Positions 1-9,084 of a stretch of 45,521 nt of DNA are shown one piece after another. A program made the translations under genes and the position numbers. Numbering within the stretch: the stretch's first letter is position 1; each line of letters starts with the position of its first letter. A model generated the notes under the pieces. The model was not told the DNA's origin, did not search any database, and saw only the letters and a list, made by a program, of their open reading frames with translations. This stretch comes from an uncultured Candidatus Cloacimonadota bacterium. GTDB lineage: Bacteria > Cloacimonadota > Cloacimonadia > JGIOTU-2. Location of the stretch: assembly GCA_964447485.1 (NCBI GenBank), contig CAYUTH010000002.1:1-45521 (forward strand), written 5' to 3'.

Positions 1-250
1 GTTTGACTAAATTATAATAATTTATAAATCGCTTCAATTCATTTTTTCTATGAGCTGATGATTTAAATTCTATCTTATCATGCCACATCTCCATGAGTGT
101 TCGAATGACTCTCTCTGCCTTTCCGTTTGTTCGTGGCCTTCGCACTTTTGTGAAACGCTGAGCTATCTTAATCCACCCTGAAAAACATATCAGATGTAGT
201 AGAATAAGTTGACAGCGGGGATTTAAGCGGGTACAAAACTCCCAAAAAAG
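1..250 (-). pseudogene. 3' portion of an rve/DDE integrase-type transposase (IS481/IS30-like), degraded and running off the left edge
   Basis: The minus-strand frame reads GWIKIAQRFTKVRRPRTNGKAERVIRTLMEMWHDKIEFKSSAHRKNELKRFINYYNLVK. RP.TNGK.ER..RTL..EW is the conserved tail of the rve core. The frame is closed upstream by TGA at 251-253, and no intact N-terminal half lies before the IS3 remnant at 407. Confidence 0.55.
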
Positions 251-406
251 TCACAGAAATGGACGAGAATCTGGGAGTTTTACATGATAAAAAATAAGAT
301 ATATGAGCCAAATATGTTTCAGATGTATTTACCAAATATATTGAATCTTTCAAATCCGTCTTCATCCTACGCTCCTCTATAAATATGTAAACAACGCTAA
401 GTTTTC

Positions 407-1033
407 TTACAGATTATCCAATAAGACCTTTGTAAATTCAATACTGGTAAACTGACTTCCCTGATCGGTGTTGAAGATTTCAGGTCTCCCGTATTTACTG
501 ATAGCTTCATTCAATGCTTCTACACAAAAGCTGCGATCCAAAGTGTTGCTGATTTTCCAGCTCAACATTTTAAGACTAAAAATATCAGTTATGGCTGTGA
601 GATAAACAACTCCGCGCTTTAGACGAAGATAAGTAATATCACTAGCCCATACCTGATTCACATGATCAATAGCCATGCCCGATAGAAGATAAGGATACTT
701 TTCATGTTGTGTATTAGGAATACTAAGATTGAGCTTGGGATAAATTGCTCGTATGTTTAAGTTATGCATTATACGCCTAACTGGTTTGCGATTGATCTGA
801 TGGCCATTTCGCTTCAACTCTTCTGTTATTCTGCGATAACCGTAGAATGGCCGCTTTAGATAAATCGACATGATTGCATCTTCCAATTTTCGTTCATTTT
901 TCTTCTCTGTTTTTTGATAATACACACTGCTTCTATTTACTCCCAATAATTCACATTGTTGACTGATTGATAGGGAGTCATTGTTACGCTCTACAAGTCC
1001 GGCTCTTTCCCGAATATTTGTATGTACTTTTTT
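407..1033 (-). pseudogene. IS3-family transposase OrfB (rve/DDE), C-terminally truncated
   Basis: It contains WASDITYL (first catalytic D) and NTDQGSQFTS (second D). It ends at LLDNL-stop, about 100 residues short of full-length OrfB proteins, so the region carrying the catalytic E is absent. Confidence 0.8.
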
Positions 1034-1290
1034 CGCAAAAACTCCTTCTCTACCTGGAGTACCCCAATCTGCTTGTAGAGATCATCGACGTGTACTTCTT
1101 TGTTGTTATTCAATTTTCGGCGCTTATCTGTAAATATTTTGGGAACTTCTTTAAGAAATCGAGATTTCCAATTTGATATCATGTTTAGATGTAGTTCAAA
1201 CTTCTGAGATAGTTCTGACAAAGCCATCTCCCCCCTAACTGCTTCTAAAGCTACTCTCGCTTTAAATTCGGACGAATATTTCTTGCGCAT
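991..1290 (-). CDS. IS3-family transposase OrfA (HTH subunit)
   Basis: 99 aa. MRKKYSSEFKARVALEAVRGEMALSELSQKFELHLNMISNWKSRFL is the typical IS3/IS911-type OrfA N-terminus, followed by a leucine-zipper-like C-terminus. The slippery site lies near its 3' end. Confidence 0.85.
   Translation of the reverse strand: MRKKYSSEFKARVALEAVRGEMALSELSQKFELHLNMISNWKSRFLKEVPKIFTDKRRKLNNNKEVHVDDLYKQIGVLQVEKEFLRKKYIQIFGKEPDL
1027..1033 (-). promoter_or_regulatory. Programmed -1 ribosomal frameshift heptamer A_AAA_AAG joining orfA to orfB
   Basis: The minus strand reads CGA AAA AAG TAC in the orfA frame. The -1 frame continues KKVHTNIRERAGLVERNNDSLSISQQCELLGVNRSSVYYQ, which runs without a stop into the orfB ORF of the track. 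Confidence 0.7.
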
Positions 1291-1426
1291 ATTTTATGCT
1301 CCTTTCACATTCTTTCTCTGAAAATTTTTCTAGTAAATCCAAAATAATTGAAAAGATAAATTTTCTGAGAAAAGCATTTTACTGCCATTTTTTCACCTTA
1401 TGCTACTGTCCGAATTTGGGGGAGCA

Positions 1427-2016
1427 TTATAAAACGAGAGATATTACAGAAAATTATCATGCAAAAGTGAAAAATGTCTATCGTGAGAACGAGGGGGCTC
1501 TTCTGCTCGTAATACAGGGTCATAAAATCCTCCAATGAATATATTGCCTTTTTGGATGCAGATGACGTCTGGTTGCCTGAGAAACTTGAAAAGCAGTTAT
1601 TATAATTTAAAAATAACCCTGACATCGAATTTGTTTCCTGTGATAATTATTTCATTGATAAAAGCGAGACTATCATTAACAGTTATGTCCGTAAAGTTAA
1701 ATTTGTCGAAGGAGATATTTTATTAGATTTCTTCATGGATTTTTTTCTTATTACGTCCGGTATTATGCTTAGAAGGTCGTGCTTGCAAAAAACCGGGCTC
1801 TTTGATGAGAATCTTCAGGTTGGTGAAGATATTGAGTTCTTTCTTCGGCTCGCTCAACGCTATCCTGCCGGTGTTGTGAAAGAAAAATTGTTCAAACGAA
1901 GAGTGTGTAAAGGGTAGAGTCTCAAAATTTCTATCATTAAAAAAAACACACATACAACAATATAGGTTTAGCACAAATCTTGAAAAATATTTCAATTTCC
2001 CATCTGCATTATTCAC
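1427..2016 (+). pseudogene. Family-2 glycosyltransferase pseudogene, paralogue of CDS 5135-6127, 5'-truncated by the IS3 element
   Basis: It is colinear at the nucleotide level with 5290-5900. For example, [33 protein letters not shown]... aligns with [34 protein letters not shown]..., and FFMDFFLITSGIMLRRSCLQKTGLFDENLQVGEDIEFFLRLA with FFMDFFLITSAIIIKRSCIQKVGLFNENLQVGEDFEFFLRLA. There is a frameshift after ARNTG, an in-frame TAA, a premature TAG at 1915-1917, and decayed similarity to about 2016. Confidence 0.8.
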
Positions 2017-2034
2017 TTGAAAATTCGTCCCTTT

Positions 2035-3348
2035 TTAGTCAACGATTTTAATAAATATTTTAATCTTTATCTCAGTATATAATGCATATATTGCAGCAAC
2101 AATTATCAATATATCGGTTGGAACAGATAATCTTGGACTTGGACTTTCTATTAATGCATGAATAACGGATGAACTTATTGCGGATATGTATAAAATTAGA
2201 AAAAAGAATTTATCCATTATAGATAAATCTATTTTCTTTTTTTGGAAGAAATACAGTATTGGAAAAAGAAAAAATATAAATTGAATAAGAAAAAATAAAT
2301 ATTTTTCAAAATACTCGTAAAAAAAATGAGGAATAAATTCAAAATCGCTCCATATATCTTGATCCCAGAAAAAAATCCAGCTATGAAACACGTTTTTTAA
2401 ATACTTATTGGGTTGTAGCATAACGGTTTCAATAAACATTTGTTGGAATATTTTTGATAATTGAGCAAATGATAGACTATCCCTTTCTCTCATTTCTTTT
2501 TCTATATGCCAAATAGTATTATAATGATCTCCTTTTCCTAATATCTCTTTTTTTCTTTGTTCAATATACATTTTTTTATAATAATCGTATTTATCCGGTG
2601 CATCCCCAATAAAATTACGTATTTGTTGTGATAGATGCAAACCAGTAGCTGTACTTAAACTAAAAGTGTCATGATAATGTAAATTAATTAAACACCAACC
2701 ACCTAACAAAATTATTACAGGTAAAATAAAGCATAATAAACTTCTAATTATTTTTTTTATTAATATTTTTTGTCTTTCTAAATATATTAGTAAAAAGAAA
2801 AATAAAATAAAAATTATTATAATAAATTGTGGTTTGGTTAATGCTAACAAACTTGCACATAAACCCAATAATAAAGAAAAAATAATTTTATTAGGTTCTT
2901 CAAAAACTTTTAATAACAATAGGAAAATACTCGAAATAAAAAAAACTGAAAGGGTTTCGGTCAATATTGCTGTTTCCCATATCAAAAAAGGATAACAAAT
3001 AATATACAAAATACCACTAATAAATGCAAAAATATTATTCTGTGTTAGTTTGTATATAATTACAAAAAGGTTTACTGATATGAGTAACCCTAATATCAGC
3101 TGAAATAACATAATTATGTTATTATTAAAACTGGCAAGAATAATTAAAAACGGATACCCAGGTGCTCTTAAACCACAATAATTTGATAAATTTATTTCTT
3201 TAATAAATTCTGCTAGCTTAAAATATGAATGGGAATCTGCTGTAATCTGAGGTTCAACAAAAATATAAATTACTATGCGAATAATAATTGATATGGATAT
3301 TAAACCTAATAAGTATCTACTAGTATGTGAGTTTTTATTTTTTAACAT
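2035..3348 (-). CDS. Polytopic membrane protein, putative GT-C fold glycosyltransferase (ArnT/PMT-like)
   Basis: 437 aa with about 11-12 hydrophobic helices. The first loop has acidic/aromatic residues (ITADSHSYFK) and an LRAPGYPFLI motif like the R.PGYP block of GT39/GT83 enzymes. It sits in a polysaccharide context. The family call comes from motif memory only. Confidence 0.55.
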   Translation of the reverse strand: MLKNKNSHTSRYLLGLISISIIIRIVIYIFVEPQITADSHSYFKLAEFIKEINLSNYCGLRAPGYPFLIILASFNNNIIMLFQLILGLLISVNLFVIIYKLTQNNIFAFISGILYIICYPFLIWETAILTETLSVFFISSIFLLLLKVFEEPNKIIFSLLLGLCASLLALTKPQFIIIIFILFFFLLIYLERQKILIKKIIRSLLCFILPVIILLGGWCLINLHYHDTFSLSTATGLHLSQQIRNFIGDAPDKYDYYKKMYIEQRKKEILGKGDHYNTIWHIEKEMRERDSLSFAQLSKIFQQMFIETVMLQPNKYLKNVFHSWIFFWDQDIWSDFEFIPHFFYEYFEKYLFFLIQFIFFLFPILYFFQKKKIDLSIMDKFFFLILYISAISSSVIHALIESPSPRLSVPTDILIIVAAIYALYTEIKIKIFIKIVD

Positions 3349-3373
3349 AATATCAGTGTTTCCTTTTTAAAAT

Positions 3374-3667
3374 TCAATTGATTTTGTTCTGTACAAAGAT
3401 TTTAAGGCTATAAGCTATTCGTTCTTCAAGATAAGAATATTCATATCTAAAAATCAGCAATATTTTATCACTAATTGGTAATGGATTAAATCTGATATGA
3501 TTTTTATTATCCCATGTAGTTATTGGGGAACATCCTTCGTCATAAATTTTTGTAAAACAATCCCTGTTAAATATGTTTAACACTATACTTGTTCCCAATC
3601 TTGAGCAAACGAAAAAAATAATATTTGCTTTGGGTGCAGTGCTCGAAAGCAGGATATTATGATGCAA
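3374..3667 (-). CDS. Hypothetical protein (97 aa), possibly a 5'-truncated remnant
   Basis: The ORF lies 26 nt upstream of, and co-directional with, the 437-aa membrane protein. No motif was recognised. The decayed IS lies just upstream. Confidence 0.3.
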   Translation of the reverse strand: MHHNILLSSTAPKANIIFFVCSRLGTSIVLNIFNRDCFTKIYDEGCSPITTWDNKNHIRFNPLPISDKILLIFRYEYSYLEERIAYSLKIFVQNKIN

Positions 3668-3786
3668 TTTTTTATATGCAAAAAAACTAATTTGACTTTA
3701 CATAAGTATTTTTTTGAAAACTTTTTAATATTTCTCATGAGACTCTTTTTAAAAAATTACATAAAATTGTCAATAAACCAAGATTA

Positions 3787-4950
3787 TTTACTAATCTTTC
3801 CGACTTGAGTTAACCTATTGAAAGACAGGCAGATAGCATAAAGAAACACTTTACAGAAAAACTCCGAAAATTATTATTGTCCCGTAAGTTATGCCTATAA
3901 CTTAAACAATAATAAAACGAGGTTATGTATGTTAAAACATTATAATCAGGTAAAGCTGTCAAGTGTAGGATCGAAAAATGTTTTCGATTTATTTAAAACA
4001 TTCAATTTGAAATCAATCTTATCACAGAGTAAAATAGTAAAACAGAAAGATCACAAAATATCCGAGATGCTTTTTATCTTTCTGGTTATTATCCTTGAGA
4101 ACAGCAACTCGATTTTTAGTGGGATAGTTAAAAATCAAATATCAAATCTCAAAACACCTATCAACGATATGCTTAACAAATCGCATTACGAGACGTTTTT
4201 ATCAACCTTGCTCGGCATCTCGATCTGCTGATTGTTCTCTGATCTTTGACGATACCGGCAAAGTAAAAATCGGTCATAAAACACGAAATATCAGTTGGTT
4301 TTATGATCACAGTAAAAATAAATATTTCAAAGGCTATCAGAATATAACAGCAGCATGGCCTAATGGTAGAACGGCAATACCAATTGAAATCGAGTTGAAA
4401 ATTGGCAAGAAACGTTCAAAACATTCCAGGAGAGTAAACTACCATAGTGGAACTCACACAGAGCAACGAGTACGTTTCGGCAAGAAAAAGAAAACCGATA
4501 TCGTAATCCAGATGATCAAAGTAAGTCTTCCAATTATGCGGCAATGATCGCCGACTTAACCATTCGCTATGTATTCTACACTATGTTTTGTTATCGAAAA
4601 GAGCAGAACAGCTATAAACCCATGGGACAGATTGTAGCTCAGTTTTACCGGTAGTTATTTGATTTGTGTCTGAATACATTTGTTGAAATGATGTTTATAC
4701 AATACGCTAAAGATTTTGTGGATTATGCGATTGAACTTGGTTACTCTAATTTGTATGACCTGAGAAAAAATATCGACAAATTACTTCAGGAATTCTTCGA
4801 ACGAGAAGTGTTTTTAAATAAAATTACCGAATCAGATAATCATAGTTTTAGGAAATCCGCGTAAAAACCTTTAAATAAGTAAGTTCCAAGCATTTCATGA
4901 AAAAACATGCCTTATTTTATAAGGACTTACGCGTCGGAAAGATTAGTTAA
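3787..4950 (+). mobile_element. Decayed insertion sequence bounded by 18-bp terminal inverted repeats
   Basis: The left end TTTACTAATCTTTCCGAC (3787-3804) matches the reverse complement of the right end GTCGGAAAGATTAGTTAA (4933-4950) at 17/18 positions, with a 15-nt perfect core. The interior carries a frameshifted DDE transposase reading frame. Confidence 0.65.
3929..4864 (+). pseudogene. DDE transposase pseudogene (IS4/IS1634-like), broken into at least 3 frames
   Basis: The pieces are MLKHYNQVKLSSVGSKNVFDLFKTF..., then IVLIFDDTGKVKIGHKTRNISWFYDHSKNKYFKGYQNITAAWPNGRTAIPIEIELK (a DDT..K.G block typical of the first catalytic D region), then ...AAMIADLTIRYVFYTMFCYRKEQ... and the 66-aa C-terminal ORF at 4664-4864. 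Stops and frameshifts lie between the pieces. Confidence 0.6.
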
Positions 4951-5134
4951 TTATTACAGACTCTCGCTTGTACTCTCTTATTGCTTCCAGTTCATGAAAA
5001 AATATCGTAAAATCTTTTACAAAAATCCTAAATCTCTTCATCTCCAGCTGGAATTACCATGGAACTGATATTTTTGGGGGGTATGCCAAATAACCTACAA
5101 ATGGAGTTGACATGTTGATGAAAAATTTGGGGGT

Positions 5135-6127
5135 ATGCATGAAAAAATTTTTTATAATATTGACATATTAACAAGCATACTAAGGTTTACCTATATGCCA
5201 AATGTTGATGTGATAATACCTACACATAATTGTATTTTTATTGCAAAGGCAATAGAAAGCGTCATACGTCAAACTCATCAAAACCTACATATTATAATTA
5301 TTGATGATGGCTCAACTGATGATGCAAAGGATACTGTCTATAGATTTCGTAATTTATATCCAGGTAAAATTAACTATTATTATCAACACCAACAAGGACC
5401 TGCTGCTGCTCGTAATACAGGGATTAAAAGATCATCCAATGAATATATAGCTTTCTTGGATGCAGATGATATCTGGCTGCCTGAAAAACTTGAAAAGCAG
5501 TTATTAATATACAAGAAAAACCCCGATATTGGATTCGTTTATTGTGATAACTATTTTATTGATAAAAGCGGGAACATAATTAAAGATTATATACGTAAAG
5601 TCAAATTGGTTGAAGGAAATATTTTATTAGATTTCTTCATGGATTTTTTTCTTATCACTTCCGCAATAATTATCAAAAGATCATGCATTCAAAAGGTAGG
5701 TCTCTTTAATGAAAACCTCCAAGTTGGTGAAGATTTTGAATTCTTCCTCCGATTAGCAAAATATTATACAGCAGGTGTGGTTAGAGAAAAATTATTAAAG
5801 CGTCGGGTATGGGCTAGAAGTTTGAGTAAACGGGATTATGAATTAAATACAAGGATTGACATCGAAACGTTGAAAAAATTTATTTCTGTTCATTCTGCTT
5901 TTAATAATATGCACAGGCAACTGATCATGAAAAGAATGTCTGATATGTATTTTAAATTTGGGTATATGTATCTAGAGCACAAAAAGAATTTAAAAGCTCT
6001 TACTCAATTTACGCTTTCACTTAGATTTTTTCTAAACATTAAGGCCATAAAAGGTTTAATATCTTCCATTCTACCTAAAATATTACTTTCACAATTAAAA
6101 AAACAGAATGATAACTATAGTCGATAA
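5135..6127 (+). CDS. Family-2 glycosyltransferase (GT-A)
   Basis: VDVIIPTHN..., [39 protein letters not shown] (DxD) and VGEDFEFFLR are present. The true start may be the internal Met at 5195 (MPNVDVIIP). Confidence 0.9.
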   Translation: MHEKIFYNIDILTSILRFTYMPNVDVIIPTHNCIFIAKAIESVIRQTHQNLHIIIIDDGSTDDAKDTVYRFRNLYPGKINYYYQHQQGPAAARNTGIKRSSNEYIAFLDADDIWLPEKLEKQLLIYKKNPDIGFVYCDNYFIDKSGNIIKDYIRKVKLVEGNILLDFFMDFFLITSAIIIKRSCIQKVGLFNENLQVGEDFEFFLRLAKYYTAGVVREKLLKRRVWARSLSKRDYELNTRIDIETLKKFISVHSAFNNMHRQLIMKRMSDMYFKFGYMYLEHKKNLKALTQFTLSLRFFLNIKAIKGLISSILPKILLSQLKKQNDNYSR

Positions 6128-6154
6128 CAATACTATTATTCAATAATACAACAC

Positions 6155-7678
6155 ATGGAATCAGCACTAAAGAATCGCGGCAAAAAACTGCTACAAGGTT
6201 CATTTTTAAGAACTTTTACAGTTTTTTTGCAAATTATAATATCCTTTTTCATGCTTCCCTTTTTAGTTCATAATTTTGGGGATAAAACATACGGTTTATG
6301 GTTATTGATAATGATTTTTGTAGATTACTACACGCTTCTTAGATTGGGTTTCAGCAGTGCAGTAGGCAGATACTTATCTCGTGCTGTTGGACGTGAGGAC
6401 ATTGAGGAAATGTCTATTATAAGTAGTACATCTTTTTTTATATATATATTTATATCCGTCCTTATGATAATTGCAACATTTATATTATATTGTTGCAGTT
6501 CAGCTATCGTCAAAATCCCTGCTGATCTACAATTATTCAAATATTTGATAATTATCTTTGGAATAAGCACTGCCTTGGCCCCACCTTTTAGTGTTTTTAG
6601 AGCAATACTTAATTCCCACATGCAATATAAAATAGTTGAATACGTTAATATTATTCTACTTATTATAAAAAATTCCCTAATATTTCTTTTTATTAAATCG
6701 GGATATGGACTTTTGTCTGTAGCCTGGATATATATATTGTGCAATTTAGGACGAATGATCTTCCTTTATTTCTATAAAAGCATTAAATATAAAAATATAT
6801 TTATTTCATTAAAATATTTTAGGAAAAATAGAGTTAGAACTTTGTTTAGATATTCAATCTATACATTTATTGCACAAATTGCGGAAAAACTACGTTTCAA
6901 GGTTGATACTATAATTATAACTATTTACATCGGGCTTACTGCTGTAACGCATTATAATATTGCTTTGAGTCTAATTGGATACTTTATACTTTTTATCGAA
7001 ACCATTATTAGTGTTTTCCAAAATTATGTAAGTCAACAAGATGGTTTGGAAGATTATGACTCTATTAGAAACAAATTTTTACTCACAACCAAGATCAATA
7101 CTTATTTAAGCATTTTTATTGGATTTTCAATTATTTTTTATGGAAAAAGTTTTATTGAAAAATGGATGGGAGCAAACTATTTAGATTCTTATCCGATACT
7201 TGTCATTTTAACCCTATCTGCAATAATCAACCTTGCGCAACATACCTCAGTGAAGGTATTGTATGGAATCTCAAAAAACAAATTTTATGCCTATTCAAAT
7301 TTTATTGAGGGCATATTGAACGTTTTAATTAGTTTGATTCTGGTAAGAAAATATGGATTGATAGGAATAGCATTGGGAACGACTATTCCTATGTTAATTT
7401 TTTCATTAATAATCCAACCGATATATGTCAATAAAATCTTAGAAAGTAGTATAAAAAAATATTTTTTTTCAATGACTATCAATTTGGGATTGCCAAGTTT
7501 AATTCTTGGTATATTTTTTCTATTCGCTAATCAATATCTTGCTGCATCTTATACAGCAATTGCAATTTTAGCGATTATACAAACAATTTATTTTGTAATA
7601 TTAATATTCTTTTTAGGATTTAAAAAAGATGAAAAAAATTATTTTCAACAATTATTGGCAGACATTATTTCACCCTAA
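6155..7678 (+). CDS. wzx: Wzx-like oligosaccharide flippase (MOP/polysaccharide biosynthesis protein family)
   Basis: 507 aa with about 12-14 TM helices and the typical N-terminus (KKLLQGSFLRTFTVFLQIIISFFMLPFLVHNFGDKTYGLW). It lies in a glycosyltransferase operon. Confidence 0.75.
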   Translation: MESALKNRGKKLLQGSFLRTFTVFLQIIISFFMLPFLVHNFGDKTYGLWLLIMIFVDYYTLLRLGFSSAVGRYLSRAVGREDIEEMSIISSTSFFIYIFISVLMIIATFILYCCSSAIVKIPADLQLFKYLIIIFGISTALAPPFSVFRAILNSHMQYKIVEYVNIILLIIKNSLIFLFIKSGYGLLSVAWIYILCNLGRMIFLYFYKSIKYKNIFISLKYFRKNRVRTLFRYSIYTFIAQIAEKLRFKVDTIIITIYIGLTAVTHYNIALSLIGYFILFIETIISVFQNYVSQQDGLEDYDSIRNKFLLTTKINTYLSIFIGFSIIFYGKSFIEKWMGANYLDSYPILVILTLSAIINLAQHTSVKVLYGISKNKFYAYSNFIEGILNVLISLILVRKYGLIGIALGTTIPMLIFSLIIQPIYVNKILESSIKKYFFSMTINLGLPSLILGIFFLFANQYLAASYTAIAILAIIQTIYFVILIFFLGFKKDEKNYFQQLLADIISP

Positions 7679-7707
7679 CACCTACAGTTGATTATAAAGG
7701 AAACCTA

Positions 7708-9084
7708 ATGAAAAAAATATTAATAATCACAAACGCTTTTCCTCCATATAAATATGTTGGCAGACTTCGAGTAATTCAAACAGCTAAATATCTGCCTAAA
7801 TTTGGTTGGAAGCCCATTGTTTTAGCTCCTACACCTAACTATTTGTGGGTTAAAGATATAAAAACACTAAATGAAATCCCAAAACATTTAAAAGTATATC
7901 GGGCATTTATGCCAATTGGTTTACCAGTTTTGGTAAAAAAACTATCTGATTCTTTTGCAAAAAATAAACATAGTGAATTAAATAAAAAAAATGAAGGGCT
8001 TAAAACAAATAAAAAATCTCTTAATGAATCTTTCTTTAAACACATCTTTATAAACTTTATTAATACAATACATAATTTATCTGTGAAATACTTATATATT
8101 CCAGATTATCATATTATATGGTTACCATTTATGTTATTTAAATCCATTAGAATTATTGAAAACAAAAATATTGATATGATATATTCTTGTTCGCCAGCTA
8201 ATTCGATGCATATATTCGGATTCATTTTAAAAATATTAACAAAAAAATCGTGGATTGCTGACTATAGAGACCTTTGGAGTGATGATCATTTACATCTTTG
8301 GAAAAATAAATATAGAGCAAATGTAGAAAAATACATTGAAAAAAATATTTTACGAAAAAGTGATAAAATTATTGTTACTTCAAAGCCTGCTGCAAGATTT
8401 ATGTTATATAATTTTAAACATATTACTTTTAGTAAAATTCATGTAATCACTAATGGGTATGACAGTGAATGCAATTTAGTTAATAAGAAGTATATTAAAA
8501 AAATAAATTTTTCTCTTGTTTATACTGGTAATATCATGAAATATTCAAAATCGAATCTTTTAATGGCCATAGGACAACTATTAAATCAATATCGGGAATT
8601 AAAGAACAATTTAAGAGTGTTTTTTATTGGTAATATTGATTATGAAGAAAAAACAGAAATGGAAAATACTATTATTAGTTTTGCTATGCAAAAAAATTTT
8701 ATTTTTAAGGATTGGGTCAATTACAAAAAGTTGTTAAAAATCCAACGGTCAGCTGATCTTTTGTTACTTATTAAAGGAAGTAAAAGAAATACTGAAGTTG
8801 TGATACCCGGAAAAATATTTGAATACATTATCTCAGGACGACCAATATTAGCATTAGTTCCGGATGGAGCAGCGAGAGATTTGATAATGGAAACAAATAC
8901 AGGAATCTGTGTATATCCAAATGATGTTGAAGGAATTAAAAATGCCATTCTAGCTTTATATCATAAATGGGAAAACAATCAATTAAAAATTGAACCGAAT
9001 TATGAAGCTATAAAAAAATATGACCGGAAAAATCTAACAAAAAAATTAGCTGCTATTCTTGATGAAACTTTAAATAAAAAATGA
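7708..9084 (+). CDS. GT-B glycosyltransferase, family 4-like
   Basis: The N-terminus is MKKILIITNAFPPYKYVGRLRV. DYRDLWSDD and the C-terminal nucleotide-sugar domain block IPGKIFEYIISGRPILAL are present. Confidence 0.7.
   Translation: MKKILIITNAFPPYKYVGRLRVIQTAKYLPKFGWKPIVLAPTPNYLWVKDIKTLNEIPKHLKVYRAFMPIGLPVLVKKLSDSFAKNKHSELNKKNEGLKTNKKSLNESFFKHIFINFINTIHNLSVKYLYIPDYHIIWLPFMLFKSIRIIENKNIDMIYSCSPANSMHIFGFILKILTKKSWIADYRDLWSDDHLHLWKNKYRANVEKYIEKNILRKSDKIIVTSKPAARFMLYNFKHITFSKIHVITNGYDSECNLVNKKYIKKINFSLVYTGNIMKYSKSNLLMAIGQLLNQYRELKNNLRVFFIGNIDYEEKTEMENTIISFAMQKNFIFKDWVNYKKLLKIQRSADLLLLIKGSKRNTEVVIPGKIFEYIISGRPILALVPDGAARDLIMETNTGICVYPNDVEGIKNAILALYHKWENNQLKIEPNYEAIKKYDRKNLTKKLAAILDETLNKK

Larger units (their letters stand above)
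407..1426 (-). mobile_element. IS3-family insertion sequence, truncated at its 3' side (orfA plus frameshifted orfB, one terminus only)
   Basis: There is an orfA/orfB pair with an A_AAA_AAG slippery site. The outer end at 1426 reads TGCTCCCCCAAATTCGGACAGTAGC on the minus strand, a TG-initiated end that resembles IS3-family termini (from memory). Homology to the GT2 gene at 5135 starts immediately at 1427. orfB stops prematurely at 407, so the other terminus is missing. Confidence 0.75.

Noticed and set aside
1296-2016. Five short ORFs of the track (1296-1538, 1398-1625, 1535-1726, 1723-2016, 1735-1917)
   Set aside because: They are fragments or shadows of the IS3 terminus and the frameshifted GT2 pseudogene, not independent genes.
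6328-6744. 138-aa minus-strand ORF within wzx, and similar antisense ORFs in the GT genes (7291-7482, 7839-8045, 8721-8948, 9327-9521, 9698-9913, 10529-10801, 19864-20229)
   Set aside because: They are antisense shadows in a densely coding, co-directional operon, and no motifs were found.
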